This document shows positions 55,753 to 64,000 of a DNA stretch of 64,000 nucleotides, piece by piece. The stretch lies in NCBI GenBank assembly GCA_023254135.1, contig JALQYL010000001.1, positions 11,341 through 75,340 of the forward strand. Reading direction: 5' to 3'. Source of the stretch: Ilumatobacteraceae bacterium. Its GTDB lineage: Bacteria; Actinomycetota; Acidimicrobiia; Acidimicrobiales; Ilumatobacteraceae. The notes below the pieces were generated by a model that had not been told where the DNA came from, ran no database searches, and saw only the letters and a program-made list of their open reading frames with translations. The translations under genes and the position numbers were made by a program. Numbering within the stretch: the first letter of the stretch is position 1; each line of letters opens with the position of its first letter.

Positions 55753-56513
55753 GCAACACAGCCTCGTCCGCAGAAGGCATGTCCATCATGGACCATCTCA
55801 ATGAGTTGCGCATGCGAGTCATTCGATGTGTACTCGCCGTTGCTGTGGGCTTCTTTGTCTTTTTGGCCTTTTATGACCCCATCAAGAATTTCCTCACACA
55901 GCCGTATCGCAATTTGTGTGCAGCGCGCCCTGATTTCAAATGCGACGGTTCGTTGTATTCACTGGGGCCACTCGATGGTTTCGGTGCGCGTATGAAATTG
56001 TGCGCTTACGGCGGCATCGTGATTGCCCTGCCAGTCATCTTGTGGCAGATATGGCGTTTTGTCGTTCCGGCACTCTCCAAGAAGGAGAAGCGGTACGCGG
56101 TGCCTTTCATCACATCGACTCTCGTTCTGTTCGGGATTGGTTGTTGGCTGGCATATTGGACCCTCGACAAGGCATTGGAGTTCCTCATTGCGTGGTCGGG
56201 CACCGATGTCACTTCGACGTTCCAGGTCACGAAGTATGTGATGCTGGTGGTGCTCATGATGTTGGCCTTTGGAGTGGGTTTCCTGAGTCCCGTGTTAGTG
56301 GTGTTCATTCAATTGGCAGGACTCGTCACACCAAGAACCCTGATCAAACAATGGCGTTACGCCATCATGATTATTTTTGTGACTGCGGCTGTCATCACTC
56401 CGTCGGGTGATCCGATCAGCATGATGGCACTCGCTGTGCCGCTCACGGTTCTTTATCTGTTGGCCGTTCTTGTTGGTTGGTTATTGGTGCGCAATCGCGA
56501 GACGTTTGCCTAA
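55749..56513 (+). CDS. tatC: twin-arginine translocase subunit TatC
   Basis: 254 aa. N-terminus is MSIMDHLNELRMRVIR and there are six TM segments. Confidence 0.9.
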   Translation: MSNTASSAEGMSIMDHLNELRMRVIRCVLAVAVGFFVFLAFYDPIKNFLTQPYRNLCAARPDFKCDGSLYSLGPLDGFGARMKLCAYGGIVIALPVILWQIWRFVVPALSKKEKRYAVPFITSTLVLFGIGCWLAYWTLDKALEFLIAWSGTDVTSTFQVTKYVMLVVLMMLAFGVGFLSPVLVVFIQLAGLVTPRTLIKQWRYAIMIIFVTAAVITPSGDPISMMALAVPLTVLYLLAVLVGWLLVRNRETFA

Positions 56514-59053
56514 TGAGCGTTCGCTCAGAGTTCCTTGCGGCACTTTCGTACGCACCTGACCTCTTCCAGATAAAAGCGATGGACTCCATCGACGATGACG
56601 CCTCAGTCCTAGTTGCCGCGCCCACGGGTTCGGGAAAGACACTGATAGCTGAATACGGAATAGCGCGCGCCAGATCCTTGAAGAAACGCGCGTTCTACAC
56701 CACGCCCATCAAAGCGTTGTCCAACCAAAAATATCGCGACCTATGCGATCTATATGGGGCCCACAAGGTGGGTTTGGTGACCGGAGACAACGCAGTCAAC
56801 CCTGATGCAGAGGTTGTGGTGATGACCACAGAGGTTTTGCGCAACATGATCTATGCCTCCTCGTCGCGCCTCAACGATTTGGGTGTTGTGGTGCTCGATG
56901 AGGTTCACTATCTACAGGATGCGTATCGCGGACCAGTGTGGGAAGAGGTCATCATTCAACTCGACCCCGAGGTGCAGTTGGTATGTCTCTCTGCAACCGT
57001 TTCCAATGCAGACGAAGTAGCCCAATGGCTATCCACCGTGCGCGGACGAACAGATGTGGTGGTGGAGACAACTCGACCAATTGAACTGGTGAATCACTTT
57101 GCCATGCACGACAACGCCACGGGACGTACCGAGATGTACGACACCATCGTTGGGGGAGAAGGCAATCGTCACGTGTTCCGATTGCTGGCTGGCGGACGGC
57201 CCGATGGTGGACGAAAAGGAGCGCCTGGATCACACAAGAAGAAACGATTCTCGCCTCCCACCCGACCCGAAATAGTTGACCTTTTGCACGCGTCCTCAAT
57301 GCTTCCCGCCATCGTGTTCATATTCAGTCGCGCGCAGTGCGAGGATGCGGTGCGCTCATGCATGCGTGCCGGAATCGTCCTTACCTCCATGGAAGAGGAA
57401 TCAGAAATTCGTTCGATAGTTGAACGTCACTGTGAGTCCTTAAGTTTCGACGACCGCCAAGCATTGGAGTATGACTATTTCCTCGATGACATCGGCACGG
57501 GTGTGTCCTGCCATCACGCAGGCATGATTCCCATGTTCAAAGAAGCGGTGGAAGAGTGCTTTGTAAAAGGCCTGGTGAAAGTTGTGTTCGCCACGGAAAC
57601 CCTCGCAGTGGGAATCAACATGCCTGCTCGCGCCGTGGTTATTGAGAAACTCACCAAATACACCGGTGAACATCATCAATTGCTCAAGGCATCTGAATTC
57701 ACACAGCTCACTGGTCGCGCAGGGCGGCGTGGACTTGATGAGATCGGTCATGCGATCTCCATCTGGAATCCATTTGTCACATTCGACCAAGTGGTGGGTC
57801 TGTCACTCAGTCGCAGCTTTCGATTGTCGTCGGCTTTTCGACCAACTTTCAACATGGCCGTCAACATGGTGCGCAGACATTCACACGATGGCGCCCACCA
57901 CATTCTGAACCTCTCCTTTGCACAGTTTCAGGCGGACAAGGACGTGGTGACGTCAGAAGCGACCTTGGAAAAACGTCGTCGCGAATTGGCACTTCTTGAA
58001 CGAGAACAACCTGAGCCTGCAGTGACACCAACTTCCCAAATCTCTGCATCAGAAGTGGAAGCAGAGATTGCGCTGCGTTCGCTTCGTCCAGGGGACATAG
58101 TCGTCTTTGATGCTGCCAACATTCGCGGACGCGGGCTCATCCTCAGCACAGCAGCACGCCGTTCCGGCATTCGTCTGACCGTGGTGACGCCGAGTCGCAA
58201 GATCATCGATGTGATGGCCAAAGACCTGCGCGCCGTACCGAGTCGAGGCGCCCACGTAGATTTGCCTGTCCCGTTCGAGCCAGCACGGACTGAGTTCATC
58301 AAGGAGGCAGTGACACGGCTAGTGAAAGCCCGCGTGGATGAACCCGTCGAGCGCGTCATTGACCATGCCGAATCCGAAACACGCACAGAATCTCCGTTCT
58401 CGAACAAGAGCATCAAACGACTGCGGCGCGAAATTGAACAGATGGAAGAGCGCACGCGAAATCGTTCCGGCTCCGTGAGTGCCCGATTCACCGATGTGAT
58501 TCATTTGCTGGAGGAACTCGACTACGTCAAAGACTGGTCACTCACCGACAAAGGTGAAACTCTCGCCGGAATCTTCCACGAGTCGGATCTGCTCATCGTG
58601 GAGGTAATGAACAGGGGAGTACTTGACAACTTGAGCGTCAACGATTTGGTTGCCGTTCTTTCCACGGTGGTCTACGAACCTCGAGGTGCAGATACGGGAA
58701 CAACAACGCGATGGCCCAGCGACGTGGTGCGTCAACGATTCAAGCGCATCGAAAAGATCAGTCTTCACATCCAGGATCTTCAACGAGATCGGGGGCTCCA
58801 CCAACATCGCGCACCCAGCGGCGGTTTGGCCTTCGAAACCAGCGCGTGGGCAAGCGGCAAACCGCTGTCACGAATTCTTGATCCAGACCTCACGCCCGGC
58901 GACTTTGTCCGCAGTATGAGACAACTCATCGACTTGTTGCGCCAAATCGTGAACACCACATCCAGTGAATCATTGCGCGACACAGCCACAGCGGCCATCG
59001 AAGCCCTTGATCGGGGCGTTGTATCCGCGGCGCATGGGGCAGGCACTGCATGA
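56513..59053 (+). CDS. helY: Ski2-like DEAD/DEAH-box RNA helicase HelY
   Basis: Walker A APTGSGKT, DEVH box and SAT. It has a long C-terminal arch/DSHCT-like region. The ATG overlaps the tatC TAA by 1 nt (TAATG). Confidence 0.9.
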   Translation: MSVRSEFLAALSYAPDLFQIKAMDSIDDDASVLVAAPTGSGKTLIAEYGIARARSLKKRAFYTTPIKALSNQKYRDLCDLYGAHKVGLVTGDNAVNPDAEVVVMTTEVLRNMIYASSSRLNDLGVVVLDEVHYLQDAYRGPVWEEVIIQLDPEVQLVCLSATVSNADEVAQWLSTVRGRTDVVVETTRPIELVNHFAMHDNATGRTEMYDTIVGGEGNRHVFRLLAGGRPDGGRKGAPGSHKKKRFSPPTRPEIVDLLHASSMLPAIVFIFSRAQCEDAVRSCMRAGIVLTSMEEESEIRSIVERHCESLSFDDRQALEYDYFLDDIGTGVSCHHAGMIPMFKEAVEECFVKGLVKVVFATETLAVGINMPARAVVIEKLTKYTGEHHQLLKASEFTQLTGRAGRRGLDEIGHAISIWNPFVTFDQVVGLSLSRSFRLSSAFRPTFNMAVNMVRRHSHDGAHHILNLSFAQFQADKDVVTSEATLEKRRRELALLEREQPEPAVTPTSQISASEVEAEIALRSLRPGDIVVFDAANIRGRGLILSTAARRSGIRLTVVTPSRKIIDVMAKDLRAVPSRGAHVDLPVPFEPARTEFIKEAVTRLVKARVDEPVERVIDHAESETRTESPFSNKSIKRLRREIEQMEERTRNRSGSVSARFTDVIHLLEELDYVKDWSLTDKGETLAGIFHESDLLIVEVMNRGVLDNLSVNDLVAVLSTVVYEPRGADTGTTTRWPSDVVRQRFKRIEKISLHIQDLQRDRGLHQHRAPSGGLAFETSAWASGKPLSRILDPDLTPGDFVRSMRQLIDLLRQIVNTTSSESLRDTATAAIEALDRGVVSAAHGAGTA

Positions 59054-59670
59054 CGATTGAGAAGGGGAGAGAATGGGGCTCGTCCGTGCTGGTTCCGCCC
59101 AATGTCATTCGTGCGAGTAGCGATGCTGAATTGGCAACGAATCAGCAAGGCAGCCTGTGCATCGTTACGGCGGGCGATCTGTGGCGCACCTTGGGGGAGC
59201 CCACCATTCGTCACGAAGGAGATGCTGCAACCGCAGTTTCCATTGACGCATTGGAAGTTACCGTCAACACCACGAGCGATGCATTCGTATTACTGGCTTC
59301 ATCCAGTGTTCAGATTGGGAATCTCCTTTCTTTGTCATCCGCCTGGAGGCATCGCCGATTTGTGGTGCTCACGAATTGCGGCTTGATCAATGACGCCAAC
59401 GTGGCCCCCCGCGCACACCCCAATGACGGTGTCTTTGATGTGGTCACTTTTTCCGGGAACATGAACTTCAAGCAACGACTTTTGTCCCGACAGAGGCTTC
59501 GTACCGGCACCCATCTGCCTCATCCGCACATCTCGGTGTCGCGCAACACCACATTCCAGACATCGCGCGCCCACGCTCATGAAGTTCTTTCGGTTGACGG
59601 AATCACCGTGAAGAACTGGTCGTCTGTCTCCGTTCGTATCTTGCCCGATTTTTGGCGCGTCATTATCTAA
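59050..59670 (+). CDS. hypothetical protein resembling the C-terminal lobe of DAGK/YegS-type lipid kinases, with the nucleotide-binding region degenerate
   Basis: 206 aa with ATGA overlap with the helY stop. Contains APRAHPNDGVFDVV and TGTHLPHPHISV (compare P.A...DG.LDVV and G.H). The expected GGDGT is IVTAGDLWRT. Confidence 0.4.
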   Translation: MTIEKGREWGSSVLVPPNVIRASSDAELATNQQGSLCIVTAGDLWRTLGEPTIRHEGDAATAVSIDALEVTVNTTSDAFVLLASSSVQIGNLLSLSSAWRHRRFVVLTNCGLINDANVAPRAHPNDGVFDVVTFSGNMNFKQRLLSRQRLRTGTHLPHPHISVSRNTTFQTSRAHAHEVLSVDGITVKNWSSVSVRILPDFWRVII

Positions 59671-59702
59671 CCAGTGTCACCATGGCGCTCTAGGGTGGAA
59701 CC

Positions 59703-60701
59703 ATGGACGCGTGGATTCTCGACTCATCGCCTGGTGGATACAGATGGGGGAGCATTCCCGATCCCGTACCCGCTCCCGACGAAGTGCGTATCCGAGTTGT
59801 CGCTAGCGCGCTGAACCACATGGATCTGTGGGTGACCAAAGGAAAGCCACGGCCTCCTTTGCCTCACATCCCTGGCTGCGATGCTGCAGGAGTTGTAGAC
59901 CAACTGGGATCACAAGTCACCAATGTGAACGTCGGCGATGAAGTCGTGGTGAATCCCGGCATTTCTCCAGTGACAGAAATTGAAGAGTACGGCAACAACT
60001 CTCCTTATGGCCCAGGATTCAAAATTTGGGGGGAACACTGCGACGGCGCTCATGCAATGTACGCAGTGGTGCCCGCACGTAACGTTCGTCCGCGTCCACA
60101 AACACGTTCGTGGGAAGAGTGTGCCGCCTTTCCTTTGGTGTACGTCACCGCATTGCGAATGTTGAATCGCGCACGACTACGAACCGGAGAAACCGTGCTC
60201 GTGGTGGGAGTCGGGTCTGGCGTGTCGGCAGCAGCTGTTGCACTTGCCCGACATATGGGTGCACACGTCATAGCCACCAGCAGAGACGCCGCAAAACGAG
60301 GACAGGCACTTGCATTGGGTGCACATGAAGCGGTGGATACAGAATCTGAAGACTGGGGTGTGCGGGCAGATGTTGTCCTCGAAAGCGTTGGTCCGGCGAC
60401 GTGGGACAAGTCGATGCGTTCCCTGAAGCCTGGGGGTCGACTTGTGGTGTGTGGTGGCACCTCTGGACCTGTGGTCGAAATCAATCTCCCTCGTCTTTTT
60501 TACAAGCAGTACGAGATCATCGGTTCATCAATGGGAAGCTACGAAGAGTTTGATCAATTGCTCACCTTGGTGAACGAAGGTCTACCCATCCATGTGGACA
60601 GTGTGCATGCTTTGTCCGACTATGAAATCGCACTTGAGCGGTTACGAAAAGGCGAACAACTTGGCAAGATCGTTCTTCAACATGAAAGGCTTCCGTCATG
60701 A
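59703..60701 (+). CDS. zinc-type alcohol dehydrogenase/quinone oxidoreductase (MDR superfamily)
   Basis: 332 aa with a GroES-like N-domain. Rossmann motif is VVGVGSGVS. ATG is preceded by TAGGGT plus 6 nt. Confidence 0.85.
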   Translation: MDAWILDSSPGGYRWGSIPDPVPAPDEVRIRVVASALNHMDLWVTKGKPRPPLPHIPGCDAAGVVDQLGSQVTNVNVGDEVVVNPGISPVTEIEEYGNNSPYGPGFKIWGEHCDGAHAMYAVVPARNVRPRPQTRSWEECAAFPLVYVTALRMLNRARLRTGETVLVVGVGSGVSAAAVALARHMGAHVIATSRDAAKRGQALALGAHEAVDTESEDWGVRADVVLESVGPATWDKSMRSLKPGGRLVVCGGTSGPVVEINLPRLFYKQYEIIGSSMGSYEEFDQLLTLVNEGLPIHVDSVHALSDYEIALERLRKGEQLGKIVLQHERLPS

Positions 60702-61903
60702 TTGACAGTCCGGAAGTTTCACGACTGAAGCAAGAGGCGTGTGACCGCATTGATGCAGTTGCTTCGACACTCGTGCAAATCAGCCATGAAATTCACTCGC
60801 ATCCAGAACAGAATTTCGAAGAATATTTCGCAGCAGAGTTGATGACACGGAGCGCCAATGAATTGGGTCTCGCCGTGGAGAAAGGCACCTACGGTTGCGA
60901 TACAAGTTTCTCTGCTGACATTGGCAGCGGACCCACTGTGTGCATCATGAGCGAGTATGACGCCCTTCCAGAAATTGGTCACGGCTGTGGACACAATGTG
61001 ATTGCTGCAGCTGGTTTGGGCGCGGCTATAGGTTTGACGTCGGTGGCAACTGCAAGCGGTGGTCGACTTCGCTATCTCGGTACGCCCGCCGAGGAAGGCG
61101 GTGGAGGAAAAATCACCATGGCCCAACACGGCGCACTGCAAGGTGTTGATATAGCAATGATGGTGCACTCTGCGGATGCAGATCTCACCACCATTGATGC
61201 CATCGCGTTACAGCAACTCCTCATGGAATACACCGGCGAGGAATCACATGCAGCGGCTGCTCCGCACAAGGGTCGCAACGCTCTGGATGCCGCAGTGTTG
61301 GGTTACATGGCCGTGGGTATGTTGCGTCAGCACATGCTTCCCACCGAGCGAGTCCATGGCGTCTTCCGCAGAGGGGGAGACAAACCAAATATCGTTCCTC
61401 ATGACGCAGCCACCGAGTGGTACGTGCGGTCAGACACCATGGACACCCTCAACGCACTGAAACCACGAGTTCTTGCAGCGCTTGAATCGGGAGCCCATGC
61501 CTGCGGTTGCACGTCCACCCACACGTGGGTAGGGACTCCGTATGCAGACATGGTGACCAACTCCGCGTTGGCCGCCTCCTACGTTGCCAATGCATTCACA
61601 CTGGGCCGCACAGTTGGTGACCCTCGCACCGTGGGACACCGGGTGGTCGGTAGTACCGACATGGGCAATGTGAGTCACTTGGTCCCATCTATCCACCCGA
61701 TGATTGCCTCTGCGCCAGTGGGTTCCAGTATTCATACAAAGGAATTCGCCCGTCATTCAGTATCGGCGCTGGCTGACCAGGCGATCATTGATGGAGCCAA
61801 GGCCATGGCCATGACAGCCATCGATTTCTGGACTTCCCCTGAACGACAGCGCGCCGTCGCAGAGGAATTCACAAAAACCAACGCCAGCAAGGATGTTTTG
61901 TAG
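60698..61903 (+). CDS. M20D-family amidohydrolase (aminoacylase/AbgA-like)
   Basis: 401 aa with HSHPE and GHGCGHN metal-binding region. 4 nt overlap with the preceding gene. Confidence 0.8.
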   Translation: MIDSPEVSRLKQEACDRIDAVASTLVQISHEIHSHPEQNFEEYFAAELMTRSANELGLAVEKGTYGCDTSFSADIGSGPTVCIMSEYDALPEIGHGCGHNVIAAAGLGAAIGLTSVATASGGRLRYLGTPAEEGGGGKITMAQHGALQGVDIAMMVHSADADLTTIDAIALQQLLMEYTGEESHAAAAPHKGRNALDAAVLGYMAVGMLRQHMLPTERVHGVFRRGGDKPNIVPHDAATEWYVRSDTMDTLNALKPRVLAALESGAHACGCTSTHTWVGTPYADMVTNSALAASYVANAFTLGRTVGDPRTVGHRVVGSTDMGNVSHLVPSIHPMIASAPVGSSIHTKEFARHSVSALADQAIIDGAKAMAMTAIDFWTSPERQRAVAEEFTKTNASKDVL

Positions 61904-61949
61904 CCAGCATCCCTCGTGAGTGGAACCGCGAAACATAGGCTGAACAACT

Positions 61950-63554
61950 GTGACGGTTTACGTTCCTGAGGAATTTACAGACGCAGAATCAGACATTCTT
62001 CGTCGCTATTTCACCAATCTTGACCAACCAGTTTTTGCGTTGGTCAATTTGCCTGAGGTGGTGAAGGGTGCATTGTTTGCGCGGTACAGCCGTAGCCCTC
62101 GTAGTTTGCGCCGCTTGTTTCTCGATGAATTCGTGAATGATTTGGAGATAGCAGGCGATCAGGCTGTAGATGCAACAATCGGCGTGGATCGCGCTGAATC
62201 CTTGTACGAAAAAGTATTCGTTGAATATGGCGATGACTCCGTTGCTCAGTTGGGTGGAGTGCACCTGGCCTGCGAGCAGGCATCCAACATTCTCACCAAG
62301 ATTCTCGAGTGGGGTCGTCTCATGAGCTACCTCGAACAAAGCACTCGATACATCGCATATGACGAGCGACTGGGGGGTCGATTCCGTTTCTATCGCGACC
62401 CCGATCTGGTAGCCAGCAAGCACGGCGCCCGCTACGTGGGCGACATGGACCGCATGTTCGAGTCCTACAGCAAAATGGCTGAGGTCGTTACCGATCATGT
62501 TCGCGCCACAGTTCCCAAAGGTCCCGGCGACAGTGACTTCGTGTTCCGTCAAGCCACTCGTGCAAAGGCACTTGACGCAGTCCGCGGCGCGCTTCCTGCT
62601 GCATCGTTGTCCAACGTGGGCATCTACGGCAGCGGACAGGCCTACGAGCAATTGTTGTTGCGCATGCGCGCACACCCTCTTCCCGAAGCACGGTTGTACG
62701 CAGACATGATGCTGACAGAGCTGCGTAAGGTGATTCCTTCTTTCTTGCGCCGCGTCGATATCGCAGATCGTGGCGGCAAGTGGTCCGAGTATCTGAACAC
62801 CAACACCAACAACATGAATTCGTTGGTGGAAGAACTTTTTGGTTCATCCATCGCCAATGATGTCGATGAAGTGTCGCTGGTGGATTTCGATCCTGACGGC
62901 GAGAACAAACTTGTTGCCGCAGCGTGTTATCAGTACTCGCATCTTCCAGAGTCACAGATCCTTGCCAAAGTGGAAAAGATGACCACTGCAGAGAAGACCG
63001 CCATCCTCAACGCCTACGTGGGTAACCGTGACAACCGTCGTCATCGCCCAGGTCGAGCATTCGAACGAATTGACTATCGATTCGATGTGCTCAGTGACTA
63101 CGGAGCATTCCGTGACCTGCAACGACATCGTTTGCTCACCATTGAGTGGCAGCCACTCACTCCGTATCACGGTTACACCCGCCCCGATCTTGTGGACGCT
63201 GCCGGTGCTGCGGAAATGTTCGACGAAGTAATGGACCGTTCTTCGAACCTGTACGAAGCATTGGTATCAGAGCATCCCAATCAGGCCGCATATGCAGTCT
63301 CCATGGCGTACCGCATTCGCTACAACATGCAATTCAATGCCCGAGAGGCGATGCACATGTTGGAACTGCGTTCCAGCCCCCAAGGACACCCGTCGTATCG
63401 TCGTGTCGCACTTGAAATGCACCGTCTCATCGCAGAAAAGGCCGGCCACCACGCCGTTGCCAACGCCATGTCACACATGACACAAGAAGCTCCCGAACTG
63501 GAGCGACTGGAATCCGAACGACGTGCAGAAGCACGTCGTAATGCCAATTCTTGA
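61950..63554 (+). CDS. ThyX-like (FAD-dependent thymidylate synthase family) protein, double length
   Basis: 534 aa starting at GTG. Has ARYSRS in the N-terminal half and LQRHRLLT in the C-terminal half. The family assignment is from memory of long ThyX-like proteins, so it is moderate at best. Confidence 0.5.
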   Translation: MTVYVPEEFTDAESDILRRYFTNLDQPVFALVNLPEVVKGALFARYSRSPRSLRRLFLDEFVNDLEIAGDQAVDATIGVDRAESLYEKVFVEYGDDSVAQLGGVHLACEQASNILTKILEWGRLMSYLEQSTRYIAYDERLGGRFRFYRDPDLVASKHGARYVGDMDRMFESYSKMAEVVTDHVRATVPKGPGDSDFVFRQATRAKALDAVRGALPAASLSNVGIYGSGQAYEQLLLRMRAHPLPEARLYADMMLTELRKVIPSFLRRVDIADRGGKWSEYLNTNTNNMNSLVEELFGSSIANDVDEVSLVDFDPDGENKLVAAACYQYSHLPESQILAKVEKMTTAEKTAILNAYVGNRDNRRHRPGRAFERIDYRFDVLSDYGAFRDLQRHRLLTIEWQPLTPYHGYTRPDLVDAAGAAEMFDEVMDRSSNLYEALVSEHPNQAAYAVSMAYRIRYNMQFNAREAMHMLELRSSPQGHPSYRRVALEMHRLIAEKAGHHAVANAMSHMTQEAPELERLESERRAEARRNANS

Positions 63555-63613
63555 CGTCCTGAGCAGTGACGCCCGTCACCAGTATTGAAAACTTTTCGTA
63601 GCATTCGTGCCTT

Positions 63614-63629
63614 GACACAAGTTTGTGTC
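63614..63629. promoter_or_regulatory. perfect 7-2-7 palindrome overlapping a TTGACA box
   Basis: GACACAA-GT-TTGTGTC. TTGACA is at 63612-63617 and TAATAT at 63630-63635. It lies 44 nt upstream of ATG 63673. Confidence 0.4.
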
Positions 63630-63672
63630 TAATATCCCGCCGCGAGAGTTGTCGCAAAAATAGGAGCTCCCC

Positions 63673-64000
63673 ATGGCAAAAGACGAGATAGAACCAGAAG
63701 AACTGGACGAGGAAATTGACGGCGAAGAGCTGGACATACTCGAGGACGATCTTGATGACGATGCACTCTTGGTAGACGACGATGCACTTGATGAAGATGG
63801 CGACGATGACGAATCGATGGGCGCCACCATCGTGCGCAAGGCCGGAGACGACGATGACGATGAAGACGACATGGTCGCACCCGACGATGTCGAGGAGGAC
63901 CTTGCAGCAATTCTTGACGATCGTCTGAAGTCTGAGGATCTTCCTGCAGAGGAAGACGAAGTTGTAGAAACAGATGACCGCAGCGGGGCAGATGACGCCC
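63673..64000 (+). CDS. highly acidic protein, 5' part only (runs off the window); possibly DUF4193-like
   Basis: AGGAG lies 6 nt upstream of the ATG. 109 codons are open to the window end. About half of the residues are Asp or Glu. Confidence 0.55.
   Translation, partial: MAKDEIEPEELDEEIDGEELDILEDDLDDDALLVDDDALDEDGDDDESMGATIVRKAGDDDDDEDDMVAPDDVEEDLAAILDDRLKSEDLPAEEDEVVETDDRSGADDA

Noticed and set aside
63566-63579. GTGACG-CC-CGTCAC hairpin after the ThyX-like gene, considered as a terminator
   Set aside because: The stem is at most 6 bp with a 2-4 nt loop, and the nearest T-run is 12 nt away. This is too weak to call.
63576-63910. Two minus-strand ORFs rich in Ser or Arg/His/Pro (98 and 93 aa)
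   Set aside because: They are mirror images of the GAY/GAR-rich acidic-protein gene on the plus strand. The plus-strand ORF has an AGGAG site and ATG, and the minus ORFs have no start context.

Overview
The window looks like a compact, moderately GC-rich actinobacterial chromosome segment. Evidence for that lineage is the 20S proteasome genes prcB-prcA, the tatA-tatC-helY block, a GuaB1-type IMPDH paralogue, trmI and many leaderless-type promoters. It is almost entirely coding. I can support about 70 CDS, one class II tRNA and a few hairpins or palindromes. I saw no rRNA, CRISPR array, transposase, integrase or phage module. Content is mostly housekeeping and catabolic: an Opp-type ABC ATPase, secG, panBC, ctaA, tsaC, cmk-plsC, typA, tkt-tal, lepB, several hydrolases and a secreted M23 peptidase. 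No obvious defence or mobile system is present. The most unusual items are listed here. (1) A six-gene, tightly packed operon (13189 to 6342, minus strand) joins an XDH-family molybdoenzyme to an N-terminally short SsnA-type aminohydrolase and two unrelated carbamoyl-amidases. (2) A prcBA proteasome pair sits in mycobacterial-like synteny but has no pup, dop, mpa or pafA in the window. (3) A TANNNT-N6/7-start-codon arrangement recurs at about 19 gene starts, implying leaderless transcripts and back-to-back promoters in 23-52 bp divergent gaps. (4) A tRNA-Leu folds by hand with an AAG anticodon. (5) A TetR operator palindrome lies over the promoter of a desaturase-nagA-tkt-tal-LOG gene string. 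(6) Several unassigned or degenerate proteins are present: a DAGK-like protein coupled to helY, a 534 aa ThyX-like protein, a holin-like trio and a Cys-rich protein. All functional calls come from motif recognition by eye. No database search was run.
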